The notes beneath the pieces were generated by a model. It did no database searches, was not told the origin of the DNA, and saw only the letters and a program-made list of their open reading frames with translations. A stretch of 64,000 nucleotides of DNA. Source: an uncultured Anaerolineaceae bacterium (lineage in GTDB: Bacteria; Chloroflexota; Anaerolineae; Anaerolineales; E44-bin32). Shown in pieces: positions 18,355-27,385 of this stretch (the first letter of the stretch is position 1; each line of letters begins with the position of its first letter). Where the stretch lies: the NCBI GenBank assembly GCA_964528155.1, contig CAZGRL010000001.1:1523-65522 (forward strand), written 5' to 3'. The translations under genes were made by a program, and so were the position numbers.

Positions 18355-18921
18355 CTAAGGAACCGCTCCGTTCACCCGGCATGCCGCGATGTAGGGCAGT
18401 TGACGGTATTGCTGGCGATAGTGCATTCCGTAACCAACGAGGAAGTCATCCGGCGCATCGAAACCGACGTAGTCGAGCGGGACCTTGATCAATCGACGTT
18501 GAGGCCGGCTCAGCAAGGCACAAACACGGAGAGAGGCCGGACCGCGCGCCTGGAGCGTCCCCAGAATATGACTCAGGGTCAAGCCGGTATCGACGAGATC
18601 CTCAACCAGCACGGCGTGGCGTCCGCCAAGGGGGATCTCCAGATCTTTGAGAACACGTACAGCGCCGTGCGTCTGCTGCGGCGGGCCGAAACGCGAGATC
18701 GCCATGAAATCCACTTCCACCGGGATCGTGAGCATCCGAAGAAGATCGGCCATGAACATGACCGTTCCCGTCAAGACGCCGATGACGACGGGGTTCTTGT
18801 CGATGTAGTCGGTGGAGAGATCGGCCGCCAACTCCGCCACCCGATGTCGAATCTGATCTTCACCGAAGACCACTGGGCCGAGCTGGGTCAAGGCGGGCCG
18901 GGCCGAGTCACCCGGCTGCAT
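18355..18921 (-). CDS. hpt: Hypoxanthine phosphoribosyltransferase
   Basis: PRPP-binding motif VLVEDLVDTGLTL and Hpt-like flanks (LKDLEIPLGGRHAV, FVGYGMHY). Confidence 0.92.
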   Translation of the reverse strand: MQPGDSARPALTQLGPVVFGEDQIRHRVAELAADLSTDYIDKNPVVIGVLTGTVMFMADLLRMLTIPVEVDFMAISRFGPPQQTHGAVRVLKDLEIPLGGRHAVLVEDLVDTGLTLSHILGTLQARGPASLRVCALLSRPQRRLIKVPLDYVGFDAPDDFLVGYGMHYRQQYRQLPYIAACRVNGAVP

Positions 18922-19300
18922 CGAAGTCCGCCGGATTGCCGATGATGTTGGGAAGATCCGCCTCCATGCCGTATTTGACCAGCAAGGCGATCATCTGCTT
19001 ACGATCGATGAGCTTGATGCTCACGTCAGGATAAAGCTGGCGCATGCGGCGGATCTTGCGGTGCTTCAGTCTGGCGAGTGTGTGCCGCAACGTGGTCAGC
19101 TCGATAAACAGACCGTGACCCGGGAGGTAGAAATCCGGAGTGATGGCCTCGAGGACGTTCCCCTCTTCGTCCGTCGCCAGGGGGAAAGTCCGCAGCTCGT
19201 ACTCCCAGACAATGCCGTAGAAACTGAGAAGCCGAGTTCGCTCGGCTTCAACCGGGTGTACAAACGCCTTCGGCGGGTTGGGGTTCTCTACAGCATCCAC
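18908..19300 (-). CDS. Hypothetical protein, possible PD-(D/E)XK nuclease-like fold
   Basis: 130 aa. ITPDFYLPGHGLFIELT resembles a PD...(D/E)x(K/T) motif. The gene overlaps the hpt start by 14 nt. The call is weak. Confidence 0.4.
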   Translation of the reverse strand: MDAVENPNPPKAFVHPVEAERTRLLSFYGIVWEYELRTFPLATDEEGNVLEAITPDFYLPGHGLFIELTTLRHTLARLKHRKIRRMRQLYPDVSIKLIDRKQMIALLVKYGMEADLPNIIGNPADFDAAG

Positions 19301-19644
19301 ATCGGGGGGAAATCTTACTTCCTGCGCAGCCGGCTGTCAAACCAAAGCGTCAATCCTGGCGTCAGAGAGAAGCGGCACCCCCATCCGTGGCCCTTCTAGG
19401 CAACTGGTTGGCCTGCCCTCAGGACCACCTGAGCCATGCGAAGGCGGCCTGGGGATCACCCTGAAGATCGCCCGGCTGCTCGCCGTTCGCAGGCCCGACT
19501 CCTGGTGATCAGGTTCGCCCGGTATCGGGGGCCCTGCGAGAGGCAGTTGGCCGGCGAGAGGTGCTCGTTGTGGCCGGCTGCGAGCGCTCCCTGCCCTCCC
19601 CGTGGGCCGAACTTGACTCCATCGCCATATGGGTATATGATTAT

Positions 19645-19674
19645 CGCGGTAACCCCAATATTCGGGTTACCGCG
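19645..19674. promoter_or_regulatory. Perfect 11-bp inverted repeat CGCGGTAACCC-N8-GGGTTACCGCG, candidate operator
   Basis: Read directly. It lies 38 nt upstream of the ArsR-family gene start, next to a TATATGATTAT -10-like stretch. Confidence 0.5.
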
Positions 19675-19711
19675 AGACAAGCATCACACTCTGGCATCGG
19701 AGGCACAAACC

Positions 19712-20827
19712 ATGCCCGCTCCCGTCAGCGACATCGTCACCCCTGCCCGGGTCGACCGGGTCATGATCGGGGTTGAACCAGCGCACAATTGCATCCAGAG
19801 CCTGTTCTTGTTGACCATGTCGGATGAGCTATCCGGTTTGAACGACTGGGTGATCCGCACGGTCGACCGGCTTTCGCCCGAAGAACGCAAGCGCAACACC
19901 GTAGTCACCCTCGGCCTGCACTACGCCGTTGTCCCCGACCGCAGTTGGTCCAGTTTCCCCGCCTACCTTGAGCATTTGGCGGCCGTGAACCCTGTCGAGC
20001 TCCGCGACAAGGTCCTGAAAACATACGCCCGCATGCCTGGGCCCGGAAGCAAGGACCACTTTCTACTTGATGAAGAGTCGGTCACGCTTGACGTCGGTGC
20101 CTGGCTGGAGAGCCCGGAGGTCTTCCTGTCCTCCCTCAGACAGCGGTTTGATGAGCCGCACATCAATCCCGAGATTGAGACCGAAGCCTACTCCTACCTG
20201 ATCGATCCCCCGGCCATGCAGACACTGATCGTCGAGCATCTGCGCTACATGTGGGAGGAGTACCTGGCGACCGAATGGGAGCGAAAGGAGCCCGTCCTGA
20301 TGGATGCCGTCAGGGCGTTCCGAGAGACGGATTTCACTCAGATGGGCAACCTGGAAGCCGCCCGCTTTGTCACCGGCCAACCATTGGACAATGAAAGCTG
20401 GCAGGCATGGCTCGAACGCGCCGAGCGGGTGATCTTCGTACCCAGCCCTCACGCTGGTCCTTATCTGGGGAGGTTCCTCGTCGGGCATGTCATGTGGGTT
20501 CTGTTCGGCGCCAGACTTCCGTCAACCTCCGGCTTGCAGACCCACGAACTGAGCCGGGCGGCGATCATCGTCCGCCTGAGCGCGCTCACCGACGATACAC
20601 GCCTCCAGATCTTGAGGATGATTGCAGACGCAGGAGAGATGCGATCTCAGGAAGTCATCGATGGACTCGGGATCAGTCAGTCAGCCGCCTCGCGTCACCT
20701 GAAACAGTTGAGCGCCACCGGCTATCTCTCCGAAAGAAGGTGCGACGGCGGCAAGTGCTATCAGTTGAGCCGCTCTGGAATCGAAGAGACGCTGGCTGCG
20801 GTTTCGAAGTTCCTTCTGGGGGACTGA
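19712..20827 (+). CDS. ArsR-family transcriptional regulator with a ~270 aa N-terminal domain of unknown function
   Basis: The C-terminal winged HTH reads LSALTDDTRLQILRMIADAGEMRSQEVIDGLGISQSAASRHLKQLSATGYL. ATG 19712 has GGAGG 8 nt upstream; the track's longer ORF N-terminus looks non-coding. Confidence 0.85.
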   Translation: MPAPVSDIVTPARVDRVMIGVEPAHNCIQSLFLLTMSDELSGLNDWVIRTVDRLSPEERKRNTVVTLGLHYAVVPDRSWSSFPAYLEHLAAVNPVELRDKVLKTYARMPGPGSKDHFLLDEESVTLDVGAWLESPEVFLSSLRQRFDEPHINPEIETEAYSYLIDPPAMQTLIVEHLRYMWEEYLATEWERKEPVLMDAVRAFRETDFTQMGNLEAARFVTGQPLDNESWQAWLERAERVIFVPSPHAGPYLGRFLVGHVMWVLFGARLPSTSGLQTHELSRAAIIVRLSALTDDTRLQILRMIADAGEMRSQEVIDGLGISQSAASRHLKQLSATGYLSERRCDGGKCYQLSRSGIEETLAAVSKFLLGD

Positions 20828-20899
20828 CAACCGTCAGCGTGTTGGCCAAACGAGCTCACATGCGGAGGGCCGGAGAGCCGACCCCCGGGAGGAAATGCG

Positions 20900-21178
20900 A
20901 TGGTTAGGTGGTCCGAAGTCATCGAAGCGCAGAGAAGGTGGAAGGATGAGATCGCACGCGCCGACGGCCGGCGCGAGTGGCGGCAACCGCGTCGCCCGGC
21001 TCGTTTGGTCATGGCCTATCGACGCGCTCTGGCTTCCTTGGGCGGGATGCTGGTCTCCCTGGGTTGTCATCTACAGTCCGGCTACCAGGCATGGACCCGC
21101 GCGGAAGAAACTCGCTTCTCATCGGGCCTGACATCCGATAGTCTCGTGGCTGAGAACAACTCTGGCCCGTGCAGGTAG
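20900..21178 (+). CDS. Hypothetical small protein
   Basis: 92 aa ORF with a GGGAGG Shine-Dalgarno 7 nt upstream, directly downstream of the ArsR gene. No recognisable motif. Confidence 0.4.
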   Translation: MVRWSEVIEAQRRWKDEIARADGRREWRQPRRPARLVMAYRRALASLGGMLVSLGCHLQSGYQAWTRAEETRFSSGLTSDSLVAENNSGPCR

Positions 21179-21529
21179 ATCCCCACTCGACCGTGACTGC
21201 CAGCGAGTCACCGTCCCCTCCTCCGTGCTGGGCGGGATCCTCGGGCGGCCGGCTCGCCCCGGACGTGTTTCTCCGCGAAAGGGAAGGCGGCCACCGAGGA
21301 TCCCCCGAGCAGAGCCCCACGGTTGAAAGCCTGCATTGCTGGCGCGACCTTGCCGAGCAGCAGGTAGCCTGAACCGCTAGGGCAGGGGATGCGCCGCGAA
21401 GAATTCCCAACTCAATCCCGTAGCTGAGATCTCCTGAGTGGGCGTATCCGCCGAGCCGCGAGGTTTGTTCCCCCCCGGCCATGCATGCCCGCCTCCCACA
21501 ACCGTGTAGAGTTCAACCGACGTCCCCTG

Positions 21530-21865
21530 ATCACATGGACCATATCGTTCGTGGATGATTCCCCTGATCGGTCCCGGCTGGGGTGACGCGGGCAGCCGTC
21601 GAAGTCAAGCCAGAAATCGATCGTTTGCCGGACAGAGACGAAGTCAACCTGTGAGATCGACTTGTCGCCGATCCCACCGTCAAAGGGCGCGTTCTCGTCG
21701 GCGGTTCCGTCGCTCCCTGCCGCCGACGGAAAGCGACCGAGTGTAGGTGCCAGCGATCAGCCCGCCGGACTGACCCGCCGCAGGGATAGACGGAGCGGTC
21801 GCCTGTCCGATTCCCCCACACGCCAACAGGCTCACCACCAGAACGAGCCCCGCGACAGCCATCAT
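21530..21865 (-). pseudogene. Remnant of a secreted esterase (LpqC/PHB-depolymerase-like) lipoprotein
   Basis: A lipoprotein signal MMAVAGLVLVVSLLACGG is followed by GLIAGTYTRSLSVGGRER, then the frame breaks. Another frame reads GSDGTADENAPFDGGIG..SISQVDFVSVRQTIDFWLDFDGC, which resembles the C-terminal part of such esterases. The catalytic middle is missing. Confidence 0.35.
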
Positions 21866-21974
21866 GCGCCGGCGAGCCTTGGCCGCCCGAGTCGAGAGAA
21901 CATCAAACCGATGGAGCCGCCTCGGCCGGGGAGCTAGTTCCAGCACTCCAGGCGTCGGAGACGGGTTGATGCCG

Positions 21975-22346
21975 TCAGTGCAGCCCATCGACGAAGTCCC
22001 TCGACTCTTTGAACCCCCGGCCGGTGTGTTCCCGGACGAGTTTGATCGCCTCGATCTTTCGCCGCCGTGCAAGCAAGGCTCGGGCTTCAGAGACGACCTC
22101 TGGCGCCACCGTATCGGCGCCCGCTCGCGGCGATTGCTCGCCCCGCTGGACGAGTAGCCACAGCAGATTGCCTCTCACCCCCGGCATGCGGGCGTCAATC
22201 GGCTCCGCCGAGCGGTCAGGTCCTGCTGAGCTATCCGGGCGCACCACATCCTGAACGGCGCTCCGCCTCCAGTCCACCAGCAAGGCCGCTACGACCGCCA
22301 GGAGCAGGGCTCCCCCGAGCAGGATGAGCAGATCCGTTGGGGTCAT
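21975..22346 (-). CDS. Membrane-anchored protein with ribosomal L7/L12 C-terminal-like domain
   Basis: An N-terminal TM helix (LLILLGGALLLAVVAALLV) and a C-terminus KIEAIKLVREHTGRGFKESRDFVDGL, which resembles the L7/L12 CTD pattern KIxxIKxxRExTGLGLKEAKxxV. Confidence 0.6.
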   Translation of the reverse strand: MTPTDLLILLGGALLLAVVAALLVDWRRSAVQDVVRPDSSAGPDRSAEPIDARMPGVRGNLLWLLVQRGEQSPRAGADTVAPEVVSEARALLARRRKIEAIKLVREHTGRGFKESRDFVDGLH

Positions 22347-22590
22347 CGCACCTCATTGCGCCAGGCGGCGCGATCGGCGATATCCGACAGATCGCCTGAG
22401 GCGCTCAGATCAGCGCTTGAGGCCTCATTCTAAGAGTCGCGTTCAGCCAGGGCAACGGAACCCTAGTCCGGCATCCTGCCCGCCGGCGCGGCTCGCAAGA
22501 AACAAGACACGCAGGATCCGCGGCAGGATTGGTCCGCGAACCCCGCGTGTTGGGTTCGGTCTGTTTTCTACAGCTCAGGGCTTCTACCGA

Positions 22591-23067
22591 CTACTCGTCT
22601 TCTCCTGTTTGATCGGACAGGTAACTTTCCAGCCCCATTTGGGCGATCTGGGAGCGCTGTTTCTCCGCCCAGTCGACGTGATCCTCTTCCATCTTGAGGA
22701 TCTTCGTCAACAGGTCAGCCGTAGCCTGATCGTCTCCCTCGTGGGCCAGGCGGATGCCGGCATTGTATGCCTTGACCGCGCCTATCTCTGCTTCCTGGTC
22801 GCCCCCGATAATCTCGGGCACATCCTTCCCGATCTTTATCGGATTGAGCTTGGACACCTGGGGAGCCCCTTCCAGGAAGATGATCCGTTCGATCAACCAT
22901 TCGGCATGATGCATCTCATCGATCGCTTGCTTCTCGATCGCCGAATGCAACTTACCGTAGCCCCAGTGAGAACACATTTCTGCGTGAACCATATATTGGT
23001 TGACGGCCGTCAATTCATCGGCCAGAAGCTGGTTCAGTACCTCGAGCATTTCTGCAGTGCTTTTCAT
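22591..23067 (-). CDS. bfr: Bacterioferritin
   Basis: 158 aa with LNQLLADELTAVNQYMVHAEM, EMHHAEWLIERI and MEEDHVDW ferroxidase-centre helices. Confidence 0.92.
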   Translation of the reverse strand: MKSTAEMLEVLNQLLADELTAVNQYMVHAEMCSHWGYGKLHSAIEKQAIDEMHHAEWLIERIIFLEGAPQVSKLNPIKIGKDVPEIIGGDQEAEIGAVKAYNAGIRLAHEGDDQATADLLTKILKMEEDHVDWAEKQRSQIAQMGLESYLSDQTGEDE

Positions 23068-23371
23068 TCGTGACCTCCGTGGTGTCGACGATGCTCATAC
23101 GAGACGAAGCACAACCAACCGCAGAATACCATCCCCCGGCTTGTGACTGTCGTCCTCGTTGGTTCCGTTCTTTCAGTATATCCGTCTTTGACCGTCCATG
23201 TCGAGCAGCTTCGGCAAATGGCGTGTACCCGGCGGTATGTCGCGCGCCGCGGAGCCGACCTGGCGTAGAGCAACAGAATTCCAGATGCATCCCGCCAAAT
23301 GAGGATATCTTCTGTCTCATTATGCCGGCCTTGATTGAAATCTCTCACAGCGGCAGTATGCCCGGCGACAT

Positions 23372-24016
23372 CTAGCCACCGAGGCGGAACGCCTGCGCGA
23401 GTACTGCGAGCAAGGTGAGGCCCGCTGCCTCTATGCTGCCACCCCATACGACGACACCGTCCTCGTGCCCTTGCATGACCAATAGTCGACGTGGCGGCTC
23501 GGACTGGACGACTTGCTGGACCTCCCTGGCCATCCTTGGAGTCCCATAAGTCGCCCCGACCGCGGTCGTGGGCAGAGCCAACTGGCGCGCCCGCCGCCAA
23601 ATCTCAGGCGAATGCACGTGCATGACACAGTATGTGTCCTCGCTGACCTCATAGACCGCCGCGTGAGTTAACGCTTCTGATGACGGCTTTATGGGGCCTC
23701 TCGCTTCGAGTCTGTTGTGGGCGATGTCCCAGCCGCTGACAACGGCGAAATGCTCCGGGCCTAGATCAACCAGGTGGCCCGTTTGAGAGCCGGTGATGAT
23801 GAACGGGGATCGATCCACGCTGTGGCCTTCATGCCGGAGCCGCAGGCTGATGTTGCCGAAGCCGAGCCCCATGTATCGCGCCGAGTCCTGGCCGAGCAAT
23901 CCCAGAAGCCGAAGCATTCTCCGCCAGGCGATGAGCTCATCCAAGCCCTCAACCTCCTTGGGCTGTCCCAGGGTAAACGCAAGCTGATACTGGATGACCC
24001 CTTCCTGGTCGCTCAT
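23372..24016 (-). CDS. Class II aldolase/adducin-domain protein
   Basis: GNISLRL...FIITGSQTG...KPSSEALTHAAVY...VMHVHS pattern. Confidence 0.75.
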   Translation of the reverse strand: MSDQEGVIQYQLAFTLGQPKEVEGLDELIAWRRMLRLLGLLGQDSARYMGLGFGNISLRLRHEGHSVDRSPFIITGSQTGHLVDLGPEHFAVVSGWDIAHNRLEARGPIKPSSEALTHAAVYEVSEDTYCVMHVHSPEIWRRARQLALPTTAVGATYGTPRMAREVQQVVQSEPPRRLLVMQGHEDGVVVWGGSIEAAGLTLLAVLAQAFRLGG

Positions 24017-24065
24017 CTTCGGTCCTGGCTCCGCGGGATCGCTCGCGGCGGCTCCGCCTTGCCAC

Positions 24066-24836
24066 TCATGGGATGAAGGTGATGAATGTCGCCTGCCACA
24101 AGCCGAGCGGTTCGATCAGCAGCCACGATACTGCGATGGCCGTAAGCGTGATTGTTATGTTGTCGATATCAGCCACTGGAAGCGATTCCACCAGCGTCGC
24201 CGCCAGGCTCACCACGGCCACGGCCACGATCGTCTCACCGAGCGCAAGCGAGGGTGTGAACCTCCCCAGTTGGCTGAAGAGCAAGAGGAAAACAATACCG
24301 AATGCAAGACCGCCAACGAACATTGCTGCCGAGCCGGCCCAGGACTTGCGGTTCGACCACGGCAGCCTGACGGGCCCCCAGCTTCTGCCGATGATATCGG
24401 CAAGTCCATCCCCGCCACACATGATCATCAGGGCCAGGATACCAACGGGGGAATTGCGCCAGAACACGACTGTCGTCGCCGCGAAGATGAGGCCGTAGTA
24501 GAGAGGGCCGCGCAGGATCTCGGCAAGGTCGCCCGTGCGGCTCATGGCGTGGACAACACCCGGATCCTGGACGATGCCTCTGGCCACGAACACCAGGTGC
24601 AAGGTGATCGCCAACGGGACGGCTGCCGCCAGCCAGCGCGAGGCCGGCGCGTGAGGGTAAAGGTTCCAGCACAAGACGAAGAAAGGGCCCGTTCCGATGT
24701 GGACGAGCTTGCGGCTGAGGTTCTTGTGGATCACCCCGCGGACAGCCAGGGCGTCCATCAGCCGTAGCCACACCAAAGCAACGAGAAGTGTGATCCCAAC
24801 TGCAAGGAGTTGGTGCAGCCAGAGCGGGAGGTGCAT
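24066..24836 (-). CDS. Polyprenol/phytol kinase-like (CTP-dependent, CdsA-related) integral membrane protein
   Basis: 256 aa polytopic membrane protein with SRKLVHIGTGP and GGDGLADIIGR motifs typical of dolichol/phytol kinase-like proteins. Confidence 0.65.
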   Translation of the reverse strand: MHLPLWLHQLLAVGITLLVALVWLRLMDALAVRGVIHKNLSRKLVHIGTGPFFVLCWNLYPHAPASRWLAAAVPLAITLHLVFVARGIVQDPGVVHAMSRTGDLAEILRGPLYYGLIFAATTVVFWRNSPVGILALMIMCGGDGLADIIGRSWGPVRLPWSNRKSWAGSAAMFVGGLAFGIVFLLLFSQLGRFTPSLALGETIVAVAVVSLAATLVESLPVADIDNITITLTAIAVSWLLIEPLGLWQATFITFIP

Positions 24837-24896
24837 TGTGCCTCCGACACATCCCGAACGTCCCGGCTCCCCCCAATTAGCCCTTCCTGGGCTGAG

Positions 24897-25064
24897 CTAG
24901 TCCTGTTTGCCGGCCTCGATCTCTTTCAGGATCTCCACATCGCGCCTAAGGTTCCGGAAACGGACGGCCAGGCTCAGAATCAAAACACCCAATCCAAGAA
25001 AGATCACACCGAAACCGAGGAGCATGTAGCTCAGTGTGTCAGGGGGAGATTGTGCGATCAGCAT
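24897..25064 (-). CDS. ccmD: CcmD-like small membrane protein (not in ORF track, 55 aa)
   Basis: My own translation gives MLIAQSPPDTLSYMLLGFGVIFLGLGVLILSLAVRFRNLRRDVEILKEIEAGKQD. It has a single TM helix followed by a basic/amphipathic tail and sits downstream of ccmC, the canonical ccmD position. Confidence 0.6.
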   Translation of the reverse strand: MLIAQSPPDTLSYMLLGFGVIFLGLGVLILSLAVRFRNLRRDVEILKEIEAGKQD

Positions 25065-25098
25065 CTCTCAAGTCTCATTCGAATAGGTATCTGACGGC

Positions 25099-25182
25099 AG
25101 ACGACGGACGTTGGACGGCGATGTGGCTCCATCAAAACGGCAACGCCCCCCATTGTCGTCCGTCGTCTATCGTCCGTCGTCC
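25099..25182. repeat. GACGACGGACG-core hairpin repeat (one forward copy, two inverted copies)
   Basis: AGACGACGGACG lies at 25099-25110. Its complement CGTCCGTCGTCT lies at 25157-25168, and CGTCCGTCGTCC at 25171-25182. The element sits in the ccmC-ccmD spacer. Confidence 0.7.
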
Positions 25183-25185
25183 GAC

Positions 25186-25887
25186 TCATTGCGCCAACAA
25201 TCTCATCTTCATCCGTTCCACGTGATCGGTGAGCGACTGCAGTCGCACCCGGTGCCAGAGCAGGGTAGCGTAGAGCACGGTGAAGGTCAGCAGGCTGAAC
25301 ATGAAAGCCTGCAGCATCCTGGGCGTCATGTCGAACGTGCCTTCGGCCGTGGGATCTCCGCTCCCGATGACGACGGGATGGATGGTGCGAAAAAGGCGAA
25401 TCGACAAGAAGGTCACCGGCACGCTCAAGAAACCGATGATCCCGTAGACCGATCCAAAACGCGCCCGACGGTCGGGGTCTTCGACCCCCTGCCGGAGCAT
25501 CACATAGGCGATGTAGATCAGCTCCATCACCGTGGCCGTCACCAGCCGCGGATCCCAGGTCCACCAGGTATTCCAGACGGGACGGGCCCAGATCGATCCG
25601 GTCACGATATTCACAAGCGTGAACACGATCCCAAGCTCGACCGAAGCCAAGGCGACGTTGTCCCATTTGCGGTCGCCCCTGGCCAGATAGATCCCCCCGC
25701 AGACCGCCGTGGTGAGGAATGCCAGCGCCCCGACCCAGCCGGCGGAAACGTGAAAATAGAACACGCGCTGAACGTCGCCCATGACAGCTTCCCTCGGGGC
25801 ATAGAACAGCACGAGGTAACACGCCACAACGAACATGGCCCCCGTGATCCAATTCAGGATTCTCAACAGTCTCGGCACCGGCTCCAT
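25186..25887 (-). CDS. ccmC: Heme exporter protein CcmC
   Basis: Polytopic membrane protein with the W-rich motif WARPVWNTWWTWDPRLV. Confidence 0.93.
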   Translation of the reverse strand: MEPVPRLLRILNWITGAMFVVACYLVLFYAPREAVMGDVQRVFYFHVSAGWVGALAFLTTAVCGGIYLARGDRKWDNVALASVELGIVFTLVNIVTGSIWARPVWNTWWTWDPRLVTATVMELIYIAYVMLRQGVEDPDRRARFGSVYGIIGFLSVPVTFLSIRLFRTIHPVVIGSGDPTAEGTFDMTPRMLQAFMFSLLTFTVLYATLLWHRVRLQSLTDHVERMKMRLLAQ

Positions 25888-25953
25888 CGAATGTCTCCTC
25901 TCCTCGAATGCAACCCTTTGAACTCTACCCCATCATCAGAATTCCGTCACGCC

Positions 25954-26694
25954 CTATTCCTCAACCACAAAGTCGAAGACCATGAACGCAGCCGCTGTGA
26001 AAATGACGTCGAAGACAATGAGCAGATTGAGCCAGGGCATGATTTCGGCTGCCTCCAGACCCTGGAGATAGCCGTTACTGGCCTTGACCGCGGCGATCAG
26101 TACCGGCAGGATCACCGGGAAGAGCAATATCGGCAACAAGACATCTCGCGTCCGGGCTTGCACGGCCATGGCCGAGAGGATGGTCCCAACCACGACATAG
26201 CCCAGCGAGCCCAGCAGGATCACGAGCAGCAGGCCCGGGTTGAACAGGCTCGTATTGTAGAGCGCACTGTAGACCGGCAAGACGATCGCTTCGACGATCA
26301 TCATGAAGGCCAGATTACCAAGCATCTTTCCGAAATACAGCGCGCTGCGATCCACCGGCACCAGCAGCAGCCCATCAAGACAGCCGCGATCCTTCTCGAT
26401 CGCCATAGATCGATTCAGACCAAGCGTTCCGGCAAAGGCAAAGGTCGCCCATAGAACGCCCGAGGTGACCGTCTCTCGCGTCCGCACGTCGAGTTCGAGG
26501 GCGAAGTTGAAGATCAGGATTACCAACAGGGCGAACACAAGCATCGCCCCGAGCAGTTCCCGGCTGCGGAGCTCCATCGCCAGGTCCTTCCAGACCACGG
26601 CACCTATGGCGCGCAGATACCCCCGCAATCGGCCTCCAAAGGACAGATCGCGCGCCGCCTGCAGCGTCCCCGGGAGCGAGGCTGCCTCAGGCAC
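25954..26694 (-). CDS. ccmB: Heme exporter permease CcmB
   Basis: 246 aa six-TM ABC-2-type permease. It overlaps the ccmA stop by 8 nt, in the canonical order. Confidence 0.88.
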   Translation of the reverse strand: MPEAASLPGTLQAARDLSFGGRLRGYLRAIGAVVWKDLAMELRSRELLGAMLVFALLVILIFNFALELDVRTRETVTSGVLWATFAFAGTLGLNRSMAIEKDRGCLDGLLLVPVDRSALYFGKMLGNLAFMMIVEAIVLPVYSALYNTSLFNPGLLLVILLGSLGYVVVGTILSAMAVQARTRDVLLPILLFPVILPVLIAAVKASNGYLQGLEAAEIMPWLNLLIVFDVIFTAAAFMVFDFVVEE

Positions 26695-27385
26695 GCGTCA
26701 ATTCTCGGTAGATCGCCGGCAGATCAGACGGCCCTATCTCGCCTCGCTGATAGGATCCGGCGACCACACCCTTGCTGAGAATGTCGATCCGCTCCGCCAG
26801 ATCATAGGTCCGGGTGAGATCGTGCGAGGTCATCAGAACCGTGCGGCCGCGTGCGGCGACCTGCTGCAAGACTTCGTCCAGCATCGCCGAGGCCTCCTGG
26901 TCGAGGCCAGTGTGTGGCTCGTCAAACAGGATTACCTGTGGATCATGCAGAATTGCCCGGCCGATCGCCAGACGCTGCTGCATCCCGCGTGAGAACTCAC
27001 GAACGAGATCGTGCCGCCTTGGCCAGAGGCCGACGGTCTTCAATACCTGGGCGATGCGATCGTCCAGATCAGGGATGGCATACATCCGTCCGTAGAACTT
27101 GAGATTCTCTTGAGCGGTCAGGTCGCCGTAAAGCAACGGCTGGTGGGAGACGACCCCGAGGATACGCCGAACATCGCCCGCCCGAGCCGGCAGACGATGG
27201 CCCCCGACACTCACTTCCCCTGCCGTCGGTCGAGAGAGAGACGCGAGAATGCGTAGCAGGGTGGTCTTGCCGGCACCGTTGGGGCCGACCAACGCCACGA
27301 ACTCGCCTTCGTCAACTTGCAGATCTAGCCCACGCAGGATCGGTTTCAGCCCGAACACCTTTACCAATCCTCGGACTTCAATCAT
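26687..27385 (-). CDS. ccmA: Heme exporter ATPase CcmA
   Basis: Walker A GPNGAGKTT, signature FSRGMQQRL and Walker B ILFDEP. Confidence 0.92.
   Translation of the reverse strand: MIEVRGLVKVFGLKPILRGLDLQVDEGEFVALVGPNGAGKTTLLRILASLSRPTAGEVSVGGHRLPARAGDVRRILGVVSHQPLLYGDLTAQENLKFYGRMYAIPDLDDRIAQVLKTVGLWPRRHDLVREFSRGMQQRLAIGRAILHDPQVILFDEPHTGLDQEASAMLDEVLQQVAARGRTVLMTSHDLTRTYDLAERIDILSKGVVAGSYQRGEIGPSDLPAIYRELTRA

Noticed and set aside
22537-22572. Plus-strand terminator-like hairpin (CGAACCC-N8-GGGTTCG plus GTCTGTTTTCT) with no plus-strand gene upstream, hinting at an sRNA convergent with bfr
   Set aside because: The stem is only 7 bp, no promoter is evident, and it may simply be the bfr terminator read from the other side. 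The evidence is too weak.
23298-23321. Inverted repeat AATGAG-N12-CTCATT upstream of bfr as a Fur/iron box
   Set aside because: The arms are only 6 bp, it lies ~230 nt from the bfr start, and it matches the Fur consensus as I remember it poorly.
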